From Glaucostegus cemiculus (taxonomy: Eukaryota), in the NCBI GenBank assembly GCA_976551045.1, contig CDPCPM010000408.1, positions 2,480,001-2,544,000 on the forward strand: a DNA stretch of 64,000 nt, given 5' to 3'. The notes beneath the pieces are model-generated. The model saw nothing but the letters and a program-made list of their open reading frames with translations, was not told where the DNA came from and ran no database searches. Positions 1 to 13,600 of the stretch are shown piece after piece (the first letter of the stretch is position 1; every line of letters starts with the position of its first letter). A program made the translations under genes and the position numbers.

Positions 1-357
1 TGTATTGCATAAACCAGTCTAATTTTGCAACCTATTGACAGAGCCTTTCCCCACATCATCAGATTACATTCAGCCAATGCTTCACCCTTGATTTGGTGAC
101 TGAAAGTATCATTTCCAAGCACCAGCATTCAGCCTGAACATCATTGTGCCAGCAACTTCGTCAGACACTCCCTGCTCCCCAACACAGTTTTGTAAAGGTG
201 GACAGTAGATCTGGGGACTTTCCCCCACCCTTCCAATACCAGAATGACTTCTCTGCAGGGGTCCCTCAATGAAAGGCAGCATCAGCAGCTTTGCTGAACT
301 CCTCCTGAACAAACGAAATCAAAGTGAGGTGTGTGCTAAAGGACATTGAGCACCTTT

Positions 358-782
358 AAGCACAGTGGTGCAGCTAGTACAGCTAGTGCCTCAGTACTAC
401 AGACCCATTTGCAATCCTGACCTCTGGTGCTGTCTGTGTGGAGTTTGCAGGTTCTCCTTGTGACTGTGTTGGCTTCCTCCTGGTTCTCCAGTTTCCTCCC
501 ACGTCCCAAAAATGTGTAGGCTGGTAGGTTAATTGTCCACTGTAAGTTGTTCCTAGTGTGTAGGTGTGTGGTAGAGTCTGGGGGAAGTTGATGGGAATGT
601 GGGGAGAAAACATTTGGGGTAGTAGTGGAAGCAGGCAGTTTGGTGGAGTTTTGGATAGGCATGTGAACATGAAGGGAATGGAGGGATGATACACAGGAAG
701 GGAACATTTAGTATAAATTGGCATCAGGATCAGTGCAACATAATGGGCTGAATGGCCTGTTCTGTACCGTACTGATCTATAA
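358..782 (+). mobile_element. tRNA-derived V-SINE (HE1-like) with CR1-type tail
   Basis: A-box-like CACAGTGGTGCAGCTAGTA head; V-domain GTGTGGAGTTTGCAGGTTCTCC...TTTCCTCCCAC; tail ATGGGCTGAATGGCCTGTTCTGT...CTAT shared with the CR1 3' ends in this window. Confidence 0.75.
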
Positions 783-1238
783 AATATGGGATCAATGTGA
801 ATGGATGGTTGACAATTTCCGTGCTGCATCTCCCTGGGACTCGCTCAGCTCATGAACTGCACGGGATCAATACCCTGCCACTTTGATGAACAGTGTGATT
901 TGATTTCCAGTGAAAGTACTTTGAATGCACCAAAGTGATTTGGTTTCTTACCATGGCCATCCTTGTGGATCCCCTGCTGGAAAATACCAATTTATTGCTC
1001 AACTGAGAGCACTTAGCTACTGTGAGCCACCTTACAACTGGGTGACGAGTATGTGGGATGAACACTCTGCCAAACTCACCAGTTAGTTGAAGGAAAGTGG
1101 TGAGTTTGACAGAGGGCTTTAATTTTCTGTAGTAAGAGGGACCCTTAGAGAATAATTTGGGTACAAAGGTATCACATGATTGGAGGCCCTAGGGCCATGC
1201 ATCTGATGCTCCCCACACACTCCCATTTAGACACATAC

Positions 1239-1437
1239 CCGAGACCATAGTGTTAGTCCGTACGGGGCTGCTCGCGGATGTGGGGGAGCTGGTGTAGCTG
1301 GGACGTGGGAAGGTCATCAAGGGTTGCTCCTCCTCATCATCCTCGCTCGCATCAGATTCCTCCTCCTGCATAAGTGAGTTCTCAGATGGGTACTCGAATG
1401 TCGTGTGCAGACTAGAATCATTGAAAGAAATCTTCAT
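1239..1437 (-). CDS. TPRN: Taperin, coding exon 2 (PP1-binding KISF motif and acidic tract)
   Basis: The acceptor TTTTTATCTTTTTGCCAG|ATG is followed by MKISFNDSSLHTTFEYPSENSLMQEEESDASEDDEEEQ..., matching taperin MKISFNDKSLQTTFEYPSESSL plus a Glu tract. The phase-0 join to exon 1 gives RKK|MKISF. The donor is TCG G|GTATGT at 1239/1238; the exon is 199 nt (66 codons + 1 nt). Confidence 0.93.
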
Positions 1438-2149
1438 CTGGCAAAAAGATAAAAACAAAAGGACAGATGAGTAAACCAGGCATGAACTTCAAACAGTCTT
1501 CTTCCAAAGCAGAAGCTCAGTTTTAATCTGTTTAAAAATCTGCTTTGAACTGTACTGCAGCATCTAACCAGAGGCAAGAGAAAGTGATTGGTGAAAGGAG
1601 AAGGGTAAAAGAGTACAAACGACAGGAATGTAAATCCAAGGAAGGCAAACGGGAGATGGCAGGAACTGAGAGAAGTGGCAGGGGAGAAAGCAGCCAAGAG
1701 TAGGAGAAAACAGGACCTGTGAGTTAGTAGTGGGACACAAGGCAGCCACTGAGAGTAAGCACGCAACATAAAGAAACAGGCTATGGGACAGCAAGAGCTG
1801 AACGCGAGCAAGCGGTCAGGCAAAAATTAAGAATGTGAAGAGCTGGGAGCCAGCACAGTGGCCAAATGGCCCAAAGAATTATTGTCACTGCAGAACAACA
1901 GGTGGATGATAACTTCAGTAAATAAAAACTGAGTTAAGGATATTGTATTAAACAGGTAATGGAGAAGACAGAACTTGATTTATTAAACAATTTACACTGG
2001 CGCATTAATTAATTAAAAAAATAATCAGACAGACATAAGACAAGGGTATGTCGCATGATGGAAGAGGGAAGTAAAACATTCTGAAGTGACATCAGCCTGG
2101 GAAAAGTAGCTGCTGAGTGACTTGTCCTTCTTGTTCAGATCAATGACAA

Positions 2150-3210
2150 GTCTTAATGTCATTTATGATAGTTTATTTAATAGTCTAATAAAGATAAAGT
2201 GGGGTACCTTAATCCTATTAACTGCACATCTAGTGTGATGGGGAACTCCAGCACGGGTGGGCCAGCACATGCAGGGAGCATCATCAGCTGGAGCTCCAGC
2301 TTCAGACTCCAGAACTGGAGGAGCAGCTGACTCTGCAGCAGTGCATCCACGAGGCCGAGGGCTAGGGATGGATGGCACTGTCCACAGGAGTGTGCAACAG
2401 CCTGAGAGGCAGTAGGATCGGGCAGGTACTACAGGCATTCCCCAGCTGTGACCTCCTCACTAAAGTAGTGTTCAGCTCTGAATTGCAGCAAGGATGATAC
2501 TTCCTTTCGGGAATACAGCCAGAGCCAAGCCTAAGGTATCAAAGGTGTTCAGCAATCACACTGCTGGGAACATACAAGAGTTCTGAACTGTTACAGCAAG
2601 ACGACAGTATTTTTGAGAAGTTCAAATAGGGAAAAAGAGTATCAGTAGGAGACTTCAATTGCACCAACAGATATCAACTCAGATAGCCATTAGTATCTGA
2701 AAATAAAGAGGAGGCAGAAGTTCTCAAATATCATTGGAAGCTTTTTTACCTAATACATGGCAAACTCAGTAAGACGGGTGGCAGTTCTAGACTTGCAAAA
2801 GGAAGCTGGAGAGTGAGGATAATTCTGGTAGTAATAATCAGAATTCAGTTAAATTTAGCTATAAAAGGCCAATATGTGGTCTATCAAGTATGGCCTGGAA
2901 ACTGCTAGTTGAGGGTGAATTAGTGACCAGGTTGTAGGAAGCATTCAAAGAGTTGAGAATTCAGACCACATCCTCACAGAGACAGAGAGAAGGATAAAGC
3001 TGGACCCCCACTGAATGTCAGAAGATTATACACAGTGGCGCTAGGCAAAAAAAAAAGAAAATTTATTAGAAATGGAGATCTCAATACCAAGAGTATACAG
3101 TGTGAAGGATGAAAATTAAAAGGAAGTTAGGACAACAAAGAGGGTGTACAAAACAGTTGGTAAATGAAATCAAAGCCGTTTTAAAAGATGTAAAAATCAT
3201 GACAAACAAG
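2150..3210 (+). mobile_element. Heavily decayed CR1 LINE (ORF1 coiled-coil and endonuclease remnants)
   Basis: QLELQLQTPELEEQL...IHEAE resembles CR1 ORF1; GGAGACTTCAAT (GDFN) and GCAGTTCTAGACTTG (AVLDL) are APE endonuclease remnants. Confidence 0.5.
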
Positions 3211-5039
3211 GTGGTTTAGGGCAGGGTTGGGAATGGGGAGGGGAGGGCAGAAAGAAACAAACAAGGCCACATACAATAAGAACACAAGAAAGAGACACAG
3301 CAGTAGGTGATTTAGCACTCATGCCTGCTCAGTGAAACATGTTTTACTTCAGCACCACTTTCCTTCATGAAGCCCAATTTTCCTCAATTCCTTTAAATAT
3401 CCAGATACACAGTCTATCACCATCTTTGACTAGCATGTAGACCAGATGAAGCATAACAGATTGCAGTGAGACACTGACTAAAACATAATGCAGCCCACAT
3501 TAATCTGCTCTTAACTATGGCAAGGCTGGGGCAAAAGAGAGCTTTGCACCAACCAGCATAATTACTGTGCAACAGGTATCGATGTCGCGGTCACAGGCCG
3601 AGTGTGGGACGGGGGAGGAGGGAGTCACCAATATTCTGAGGTGGTAGAAAACTCAACATTCAGAGGAAAATGCTATAGATAACACTCGAAGCCTTACAAC
3701 AAATACATTAAAAAATTGTTTTTGTTTAAAAATCTAACTGTTCACACCCTCCTCTCATGAGAACTGGAAATGTTTGCTCTTTAAGTCAAGAAGCTTAACT
3801 CATTTCCTCCTTGTCCACCCTGAATTATCACTGAACTTCACTACATCAGCTTTATGTGGGAGTCTTTCAAGTTCATGCACGTTTGCCTCCCTCTAACCAG
3901 AGTAAAATCTAGAATGGTAATTCAAAAAATCTTGCTGTCTATTTTGCATGCAACAGCTCTTTAAAAGCTTTTTATCAATATTAGTTACATGAGCCAGGAG
4001 ATCTGTGTCTACAAGTATGGCATCCAAGTCTTATAGTGACGGACTGCTCCCCTCCAGTACTTGTCCTTCAGCAGTGTACAGCGACAGAGCTGCCTCCACT
4101 TGTATTCTATCCCATTGTTACAGAGAGACAGTGGACCAGCACAGAACAGCTTCATTTAGGGCTGGATTCCGAGTTGGGGCCCCAACATAATCCATGAATT
4201 TCTGGTCCCCAAGTCCGGGCATCGGATTCTCAGGACCAAGCTAACATGAAGGATGCATGTCCTTAGCTCGGGTCTGCAGTGGCATGCAGCCTCCACAATG
4301 CATTTTCAGGTCAGCAGGGTGGAATAGGCACTGTCATCACTGATGACTCCTTTAAGGAATTTGCCCCGTCCCATCACTCTCTCTCACGCACGTTAATTTG
4401 AGTAAGATATGAGATACGTTTTGGATAATAAAGGAAACTCTCTTACATGCCACTTTAACTATTTTGTGTAACTGCTTCCATTACCTTGTCTACTGTTCTT
4501 GCCCTCTCAAGTATCATACCAGTTGACTCTTACTGGTGAGGATAAAACTGGAGGGAAAAGCCTGTCACTATAATTCTTTAAACACATATATAGAGCTTTT
4601 ATAGGCAAAGTAGGCAACAAAAATTTTTGTTTTGAATTACCATCCCTGCCACAGCCTCAGTCCCAGATTTTACTCTGGTTAGAGCGAGGCAAATGTACAT
4701 GAACTTGAAAGACTCCCACAAGAAGGTGATGTAGTGAAGTTCAATGATAATTCAGGGTGGACAAAGAGGAAATGAGTCAAGCTTCCTGACTTAGAGGGCA
4801 AACAGTTCCAGTTCTCATGAGAGGAAGTTGTGAACAGCGAGATTTTCAGAACAACAAATATTAATGTCTTTTTAGAATCGCTCAGTGTGTTGTCTTTAGC
4901 ACTTACCTCTGAATGTGGTGTTGATTTCTGCCTTGGGGTGTTAGTGGCTGTTCATTTTTCATTGAGCACTCAAATAAAAATCTTTATGCCTCACCAATCA
5001 AGACAAGGCTTGCCCTTTTTAAAAATATGGGAGATATGG

Positions 5040-5130
5040 GAAAAGCAAAATAATACAGAGAGAGAAACACATTTCAGGTCAATGATCTTTCATCAGTCAT
5101 CAACACAAAAATGAATAGTTTCTCTCTCCA
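5040..5130 (-). mobile_element. Penelope-terminus repeat with hammerhead-like core
   Basis: Minus strand 5096-5071 reads CTGATGAAAGATCATTGACCTGAAAT. Confidence 0.5.
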
Positions 5131-5159
5131 TAATCATTGACTCAAGGAAAACTTATCAT

Positions 5160-5640
5160 ACAGGAGGCCATTCAGCCCATTGTATCTGTGCCAGTCAAAG
5201 AGCTACACCAACTTTCCAGCACTGGTCGAAGAGCTAACCCTGCTTTCTGTAGCCCTGTTGGTCATGGTTCTGAGTAAACACCAAGTACTTTTTAAATACA
5301 GTGAGAGTTTCTGCCTTTGTCACCCTTTCAGGCAGAGAATTCCAGACTCCTAAAAAGATTCCCCTCTAATCCTACCATTTACTTTGAATCTACACCCTGG
5401 AATTTGACCCCTCCATTATGGGAAATAGATCCTCCTCCTTCACTCTATTAGGCCCGTCATAATATTAAACACAATTAAACCTCCCCTCAGCTTCCAAATC
5501 TATCTTCGTGGCTACAATTTTTCAGTCCTGGCAACAGCCTCAAATTTTCTCTGCATCCTGTTCAGTGCATCACATCTTTCCTGTAATTTGGCAATATTGG
5601 TCCATGCAGTACTCAAGCTGCAGCCCAGCTGGCTTTGTTT
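5160..5640 (-). mobile_element. Decayed CR1 3' fragment
   Basis: Contains the reverse-complement CR1 tail GAGGCCATTCAGCCCA, GGCAGAGAATTCCAGA (WNxLP) and GCAGTACTCAAG (LEYC). Confidence 0.6.
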
Positions 5641-5649
5641 GCAGGTAGA

Positions 5650-5930
5650 ATGTAACCTGCAGCTCACAGAGCTGCTGCCTCAGTTCCAGTGATCTGGTTC
5701 AATCCTGAACCCCGCTGTTGTCTGTATCTAGTTTACAATGTTCTCCCTGCAACATGTTAGTTTTCTCCCATATCCCAAAGATGCTCGTAGTGTGTAGGTG
5801 AGCAATAAAATTGGGGGTGAGGCAGTGTGGAGAATAAATTACAGGGAAAACTAGTGGAAAATAGGGTTGCTCTGTGAGCCAGTATAGACTTGCTGGGCTG
5901 AAATAGCCTCCGTGTACATTGCAAGAAAAT
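5650..5930 (+). mobile_element. Decayed V-SINE
   Basis: GCTGCTGCCTCAG...GGTTCAATCCTGA B-box-like head and a V-domain similar to 358-782. Confidence 0.6.
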
Positions 5931-6037
5931 ATGATCAATTCTGTGCTAAGGAAAGCATCCAATTTGCCTTTTTACCAACTTATTGACACATGTCAATGGA
6001 CGTATACTTCGAAAACTCTTTCTCTACACCTCTCCAT

Positions 6038-6420
6038 ATTGGAATAGATAGAGTGGACAGCCGGCACCTTTTTCCCAGGGCAGCAATGGCCAGTGCCAGA
6101 GGACATCAGTTTAAGGTGAATGGAGGAAGGTTTAGGGGAGATGTCAAAGGTAGTTTCTTTGAAATATATATTATATAACACACACACACACACAGACACA
6201 CAGAGTGGGGGGGTGCCTGGAACGCAATGCTGGGAGTGGTGGTAGAGGCTGATAAAATAGGAACATTTAAAAGACGCTTAGATAGACACATGGATGTAAG
6301 AAAAATGGAGGGTTATGGACTGTGTAGGAGGAAAGGGTTAGATCAGTCGTGGAGTAGGTTTATATAGGTTGGCAACATCATGGGCCAAAGGGCCCATATT
6401 GTGCTGTACTGGTCGATATC
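6038..6420 (+). mobile_element. CR1 3' end, with an internal (CA)n tract near 6178-6203
   Basis: GIDRVDSRHLFPRA...RGHQFKVNGGRFRGDV, WNAMLGVVVEAD, and tail ATGGGCCAAAGGGCCC...GTGCTGTA. Confidence 0.85.
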
Positions 6421-6604
6421 CTCCCATTCACTGTATATTCCCCTGCTCGCATCTTTTAATGTATCACTTCACACCTCTCTAGATTGCATTGTGTTTGCCA
6501 TTTACTACAGTGAGCAGAGCAGTTGTTGGGCTGGAGAGGCAGAGAGCCAATCAGCAGGGAGGGTGGAGGTGGTGCTGTAAGAGCAGCAGCGAGGTCGGTG
6601 GTAA

Positions 6605-6772
6605 ATGAAAAGCATGATGATGCTGGAGGAACTCAGCGGGTCAGGCAGCATCCATGGAGAAAAGCAGGTGGTTAACGTTTCGGGTCAGGATGCTCCTACC
6701 TGGCTTGCTGAGTTCCTCCAGCGTCATCCTGTTTATCATCTAGATTCCAGCATCTGCCATCCTTTGTTTCTC
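6605..6772. mobile_element. Palindromic Penelope-terminus repeat (centre deleted)
   Basis: GATGCTGGAGGAACTCAGCGGGTCAGG...CCTGGCTTGCTGAGTTCCTCCAGCGTC form inverted arms; retains AACGTTTCGGGTCAGGA. Same family as 43028-43232. Confidence 0.65.
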
Positions 6773-7149
6773 AAGGTCTGTGGTACTTTCCACAAAACTG
6801 AAAACATCAGTGTATAGCTGTGTACCATGTCAATAAAACACATTTCTCACGAGTGGCTTCTGAGGTGGTTTGATCACAAACCTGGTCCTCCACACAAAGG
6901 AGCATCTTCCAGATCAGCGGAACAACTCTCTCTCTCTCTGTCCTGTTCAAGTATTGACATAGGGAACACATGCATTCTGCCTCTTATGAAGAACCATGGT
7001 TTCAAAAATCACAGTTATTATGTTATTTTGGTACAGACCCCTCTACCAGAGGATGAAGATTCACAAGAAGACTGCCAGCCTGCACAGAAACTTTACCAGT
7101 AAGAATTTTAGCTATGAAAATAGATCAGTTTGTTCCTTTGGAAAGGAAG

Positions 7150-7485
7150 AATTTGAAGAGAGATTTAACAGAGGTGTACGAGTTTAAAAGGGGTCAGATT
7201 GGGTAGTTTGGAGGAAACTTAACAGAACGGTCAATAAACAGGGCCTTGAATTTGTTCAGTATTGATTGATGGACTCAAAATGAAGATGGAGAAATTGTTT
7301 TGTACCCAGATGTTAGGGTTTGAGCAGTGATGTAAGCAGAGATCCTCCATGCATTTATAAAGAACTTGTATATGCACTTATGCCCACTCTACAATGCATA
7401 GATAGAAAATGGAATAAACCCAAGTAGCCCTTCTTTGGCAAGGATAGATGCAATTAGCCAAATGGGTTACTCCCATACTGTTATT
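7150..7485 (+). mobile_element. Old CR1 3' fragment
   Basis: GAAGAGAGATTTAACAGAGGTGTAC (xDLxEVY) and a decayed tail. Confidence 0.45.
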
Positions 7486-7611
7486 TTTTTAAAATGAGTG
7501 CATGGAATTCACCCCCATCCACCTGTGATGTCAGAGGTTGTCAATGTTTGTTTCTCATTTAGTTAAATTACTCTGTGATTCTTTTGAAGTAACATACAAA
7601 ATAACTTGAGC

Positions 7612-7705
7612 AAAATAAAGTGCTGGAGGAACTCAGTGGGTCGAGCAGCATCTGTGGAGCCAAAGGGATGGTTGATGTTTTGGGTCAAGACCCTGAATCA
7701 GGACA
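7612..7705 (-). mobile_element. Penelope-terminus repeat fragment
   Basis: TGCTGGAGGAACTCAGTGGGTCGAGCAGCATCTGTGG...TTTTGGGTCAAGACCCTGAATCAGGA. Confidence 0.6.
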
Positions 7706-8819
7706 AAACAACTATTACAGTATAAGAAACATATACCAGGACATACAGGGGATGACAGCCCAGTATGGCCTGTTTGTGACTCACATAACATCATTGACAT
7801 TTAGTGGCTTCTGAAGTGACCTTGCAAGTCACTCAGCTGTCATTCCAACTAGGGATGGGCACAAAATCAAAGGCTTGTCACATCATTCACAGAGAACAAA
7901 AAAATCATTTCCTTGAGTAAGTTACTGTACTTTACCATGGAAATTTGCAATAAATCCTGCAGAATAGTTGGGTTTCCACACAGACTGACCTACCTCAATC
8001 AGCTTAGTTAGTATGGCTGTTTATTATTTCTCTGTAATAAAGACTCCAGCACAAAATAAAACCTTCAATTAAGTTAATGAGCTTCTTCAGCAAATGTTCC
8101 TGCAGGGAGCAACAATTCAGAGTGGCTCAAAGACACTGAGTAAATCATAGAATCATAAACTCTATGAAAGAGAAGGTAGCTAATCAAGCCAGCAAAAATG
8201 AACCTTCTAATTTACTGCCACCTTTGAGCTCTCAGCCTGTGTTTAAGTGCTTATCCAGGTACCTTAAGAATTTTCAGGCAGTGAATTCCACACATCACCA
8301 TCCTCTCAACTCCCCTCTTTTACAGTATTTTCTGCTTCATTTCAATGTTATGAAAGGCAGAATTTTAAATTTGAGTCATTACCTTTCAGCTTCCCAATGA
8401 AGATAGGGATGATGGGCAAATGGTACTTGATGCAGGATTAGATACAGATGGCAAAATATTGGCTGTGTAGAAGTTTGAGGATCTGCAGAGTTTGTTGCCA
8501 CACACTCTCCCTCCAAATGCGTCAGGCTTCTCAGTTCCAGGGAGAGGAGTACTCTGCAGCCCAACAGTGTAATCACAGAATTAAAATTAAATCCAGTCAT
8601 TAATTCCATCACGCAGCTTGGTGTTAAGATAGGAGCTCATTCAAATCCCAGCTACTTGTATTCAAGGCAAGTAGATCTAAAGTATTTTAAATTTTAAATT
8701 CTTTCCAACAACTTGCAAGGAAAACCAGATGTGGAATATCAGATGGAATGAACTAATCATTGGTTCCACATGGGTGTTGGATAAGAGCTGCCAATATAAA
8801 AAGCAGAATCAACTCTGGT

Positions 8820-8932
8820 ACAGACACAGCAGTTGCCGTACCAAGCCGTGATGCATCCAGATAGGATGCTTTCTATGATGTATCGATAAAAATTGATGAA
8901 GGTCAAGGGGACATGCCGGATTTCTTTAGCCT
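8820..8932 (-). mobile_element. Rex1/Babar LINE fragment
   Basis: GCAGTTGCCGTACCAAGCCGTGATGCATCCAGATAGGATGCTTTCTATG is the reverse of IESILSGCITAWYGNC. Confidence 0.75.
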
Positions 8933-9539
8933 CCAATATCCCTGATTCCAGTACCTCTGTAGCAACATGACTAGCACATCACGTTGGAGACTTCTGCAGG
9001 TGTGATGCCAGCTGACTGGTCCAGTGGAGACTGTGGAAGGGGTAGTTGAGTTGGCTTGATGTACCAGTCAGGTATGCTCCCTACAAGTCAAAGATTAATA
9101 GAGAAACCACAGTAAACTGTTTTTATGAAGACAATTCATTCTGTGGTACAAATGTGCCTGAGATTACGTACTTTAAGCACATTTCCCCTACAACAAGAGC
9201 AATACTCATCTTTCACTGAGGGAGCAGATGAACAGTAGCTTGGGACCAGGATGTCTCACAGTAGCTGTGTGATGATGGAAATTGATCATACAATGTTATT
9301 TTGGTCCAAATAGGCATGAAGCAGCAGGGTTATCTGCCAGATTTCTGTAGTTCAGCATCATGAACAAAGAATAAAGTTCCAACCATCTCAACATAGCAAT
9401 CAGTACGAGACCATCCTTCCTGCACCCCTTTATTAATTCCTGATGTCTATGTGATTCTATCTTTAATGTCAGACCAACACAATAGAACAGTACACTGAAA
9501 ATACAGGGGCATAAAGGACTAATGTGAAGTCCTCTGAAT

Positions 9540-10156
9540 CAACTAAGTTCAAGCTTATTGTTGTCATAAGCATACATACACTGCATAAATGCCACAAAAC
9601 ATAGTTTTATGCAGCAGTAGCAACGCTGTACCTTAGAAGACAACAATAAACATAAATTATACACAACTTACGTGTACAAAATAAACATAACCACGCTAGT
9701 GCAAGTTTAAAAGATAGAAAAATATAGTCCGAGGTAGTGTTGGGGTTTTCAGGTCAGTTCAAGAACCTGATGGCAGTGGGGAAGAAGCTGTTGTTGAACC
9801 TTGAGGTGTGGGTCTTCAGGCTCCTGTACCTCCTGCCTGATGGTAGCATCGAGAAGAGGGCACGGCCTGGATGATGGGGGTGCCTGATGATGCATGTCAC
9901 CCTCCTCAGACATCACCTCTTGTAAGTGTCCTTGATGGTGAGGAGAGCTGTACCTGTGATGAAACTGGCCATCTACCACACTCTGTGGCCTCGTGTGTTC
10001 CTGTGCACTGGAGTTTCCATACCAGGCCGTGATGCAACCAGTCAGAATGCTTTCCACTGTACATCTGCAGAAGTTTGTCAGCGTCTTTGATGACATGCCA
10101 AATCTCCTCAAATGTCTAAGAAAGTAGAGACACTGGCACCCTTCTTCATGGTTCAC
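9540..10156 (-). mobile_element. Rex1/Babar LINE 3' end
   Basis: ORF LYFLRHLRRFGMSSKTLTNFCRCTVESILTGCITAWYGNS (DUF1891-type C-terminus), plus a 3' UTR ending in ACAATAAGCTTGAACTT. Confidence 0.85.
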
Positions 10157-13100
10157 TGGAGGGGGTAGAGTCCTATGAGAATGGATGTCACCTGGTTTCC
10201 AGGTCTGAGAAACATCAGGAGACTAAAAGCTCAAAAGCCTGCCTCCTGTTAATCCACAGCAGTCTCAGTAACACGTCTGCTTTCTGATGGCTACAACTTG
10301 AGATTGGCTCATAGATAATCAGTGAGTAGCCAAACGACATTGACTGCACAGTTAGCAGGCTAAAACTGGACTTGGCTCCTTGGATTAGTGAGGAAGAAAT
10401 ATACCAGATTCGTTTGCACTAATGCTTGCCAACTAACAGCCACTGCTGGAAGCATGTGGGGAAGGGCTTTCAGACAGGACATGATTTTATCTGGCTATTT
10501 GGCCACTGAGTCTCTCTCAGTCAAGACTAATAAATAATTATCTGGGGAGGGTACCAAAGAGCATCCAGAAACTATTCCTCACACTGGGGCCAATGGCTTG
10601 AAGGGAAAACTAAGACAAGCTCCTTCAGTGAAATCAAAGCATCAGTAAAAATCATATTTATTTCTTGTTCTTCACAACTCAGGATACTGATGCCCTGCCC
10701 CTTCTCAGCACCACTGAAACAGCCCCCCCTTAATCCTCATCCCCACACTGCTACCTGGAAATGAGCAGAGGAAAGGTCTTTGGGAACGTTAAACATGCAA
10801 GGCTTATTCTATTGTAAATGCAAAACAAGTCATATTCGTAATAGAATTTTGTAGTCATGGAGCCTTCAAAGAGATTACCACTCCCAGCTACCCACCACCA
10901 GTTTAATTCACCTGGCTAGGAATTAAGGAGTTTTTGAATCAATGATTGGGGTCATAACGATCAAACCAGCCAAGAGATAACAGTAACCCATGTAATGCTG
11001 ATCCCACGAGCAAAAGTGTACGTGCTGATTGGCAGCACTGCTCAGCACCCAGAGCTTGATCAGACACTACTCATTGTCTACTCCCCAATACATTGGTACA
11101 TTGATGCTATAAAAAGAGAATGAGCATTATTTCAGTAATTGCTCATCACCCAAGATTAGCAGCCTTGGCTGTATATGACCCCGAAGTGCATCCCCGAAGT
11201 TTTATTTAAACATATGACCATTTAACATGTGCCTAAAATATACAGTGCAGCTCAAACAAAAACCACTCAAGCCTCTGACTCAACTTTGATGACCACTACG
11301 TTCACACACAAAAATATCACTACAAGAGAAGTATGCAATGCAGTTTTGGACCTGAAGTTAGGTAGTACGCTATTGAAGGAGACAAAATGATTTTATCAAA
11401 TCATTCCCATCGCCATACCAGTCCCTTTTCTGGCTCATTTGCAAAGTCTGCTCAAGCTACTATGAGGTGACAGTGCAAGTTGAACATTTCCTTATTTAGA
11501 AGAAAAGCTTAGGTCAACAATACTTCCAAATGAACTGCTGAAGACAGCCAAAACATTCTCCATTTTTAAAAATAATCTGAAAGGAAATCACAAAGTAAGC
11601 ACAATTTTCCCCATCCTTTGTGCGCCATAGTCCCAGGTTTTCTTCTAGATCCTACAAATCTAATTGCATCCATGCACCAGGAGAAAGTCCTGTTCCAGGT
11701 TTTCCTTAATTTACAATATCCACAAAGTCCAGTTGCATGGAATAAACTCCCAATTTATCAAAAGCCCATACCATCCTTATGAAAGCAATACAACAGGAAG
11801 TGTTTTGTGCTGCTGTAGTTTCTGATATTATTGATTTCTGTGATCCATTTCTAACAGGGCTAAGATTGAATCCTGCCAACTTTCATGCCATAATACTGGA
11901 ACCTTTTCACACAGGAACTCAAAGGCATTCTCAATCCAGTCACAGAGAAATTAAGTTTTTTTCCCCTCCTACGTTTTGAAGCCCTCCACAAGGCGTCTCG
12001 CTCTCTTATTCCTTGCTCAAGCTCAGCAGGTATAGAATAGCCCTACAGCACCGCATTTATTACTTCTGACTCCAGTGCCCATTTTGGAGTGGTAAGTAGT
12101 TGCCAGCTCTTTGTGCTAATTCTTCTTTCACACTTAGCCAATATAGTGTTTACTGTCAGCTCCTGTTTATTTGGCAGTGGATCATCCAATTTGTGGATCA
12201 GTCTTGCACACTCCCACTCACATAAAATCTCCCTGGACCCAAACATCCCATTGCTACTGCAAAATAGTATGCCAGCTGGAGTCCTGGGGGTAGATCACCA
12301 CCCTCTGGACTTCATGATTGGGCAAGGTGTTCTGCATTCTTCATACTTGTATTATCCATGGAGACACTCCATCTCAATACTCTGGATAATTAAGCATCAA
12401 CTCAACGAAGATACTGAAAGGCCACTGAAGAGGACAATCAGAGTTTTACCAACATATGAAATACAATGATATTCCAAATACTTCCATAAACTTTATCAGA
12501 AAGCTTTGCCTTGTGCAGTAACCCAGCAAATGAAGTCCAATAATTTGTCTCAACTCATGCTGCCATTTGCCAAATTCACTAACCATTCATTCAGCCATAA
12601 TTGTACCAAATGTACATGAAACCTGCATCCATGCAAATTCAAACTGATCAGAAAGCCTGAACTCTTACCCACTACTGCACCCTAAGGAAACTACATTCAT
12701 GTTCTCTGATAGATTCACATTTCCTGACAGAAACTCTGCCTACAAGTGCCTGATGCAATAAATCCTGCTTCTCAGATCATTCACACTATGCATTTTGTTC
12801 CCTGCACTTCTCTGTCAGTGATTTAGATGACCTGGGCTAGCTCCCTACCACGGTCTTTATTAAACACATTTGTGTGCAGCAGTGAGCCGATGCATTTAAA
12901 ACTATTTTTGTCATGTGTTTCAAGAGTCACATTAATTTTCAGAGCAAAAGCATGCCCCAAATTCACATAAGTAATATTCAACCAACTCCATTTGCTGAAA
13001 GGTACCGAGTATTTCTTTTAAAAGTGCATGCACAGCATAAATTACATTAAATAAATCAGTGAAGACAGATTTAGGCACTCTACATTAATGATCTTTCTCC

Positions 13101-13499
13101 AGTATAGTCTGCGCTCAGACAGGGCTAAATAGATAAACAGAGCACAGTTCCCAGCAACAGATAAACAGACAATATCAAATCAAGCAAAACAAAATTCTGG
13201 CATTGTTCCTCTCTCCCCAATAGTGGTATCACTTACAAATCAGTTCCAATTTGATTCATCGTGTTACCTACATCAATGTAGCAAAACTGACTGCTGTCCT
13301 CAAGTCTTTAAGCAGGCCCAGTTTAATAAAAGGCATATTTTTACCTGAACATTAAACCCATCCCTTTCTCAGGACTCAATGCAGTAATGTGAACTACTGT
13401 ATGGAAAAGGAAGCACTCAGTTTAAGTCAGCTCTCCACCACCAACCTCGTCCACAAAGAGAGGATCAGCTTGCTAATACTCTATAAAATCCAGGAATTC

Positions 13500-13600
13500 T
13501 GATGTGGTGTAGGTGATGTACTGGTAATCAGTAAACTTAGACTAATGATCCGTCAGATAGGAGTTCAAATCCCACACTGGCCTACCATCGGATTGAATTT
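13500..13600 (+). mobile_element. tRNA-head SINE fragment
   Basis: GTGGTGTAG...TACTGGTAATC...GAGTTCAAATCCCAC; related copies at ~23650-23880 (+), ~44300-44520 (-) and ~61850-62080 (-). Confidence 0.45.

Noticed and set aside
109-325. Acceptor-like TTTGATTTCGTTTGTTCAG|G at 305/304 as TPRN exon 3
   Set aside because: In phase with exon 2 it gives GGVQQSC*, not the expected LSSYTPKHS-like sequence; the true exon 3 is probably outside the window.
336-829. 123 and 148 aa ORFs
   Set aside because: They are reverse readings of a V-SINE.
12043-12469. 126 aa hydrophobic ORF as a nested gene
   Set aside because: Non-ATG start, no recognisable motif and no supporting splice structure.
13500-13600. 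tRNA gene candidates (GTTCAAATCCC B-boxes here and at ~23700, ~44030)
   Set aside because: No full cloverleaf; these are SINE heads.
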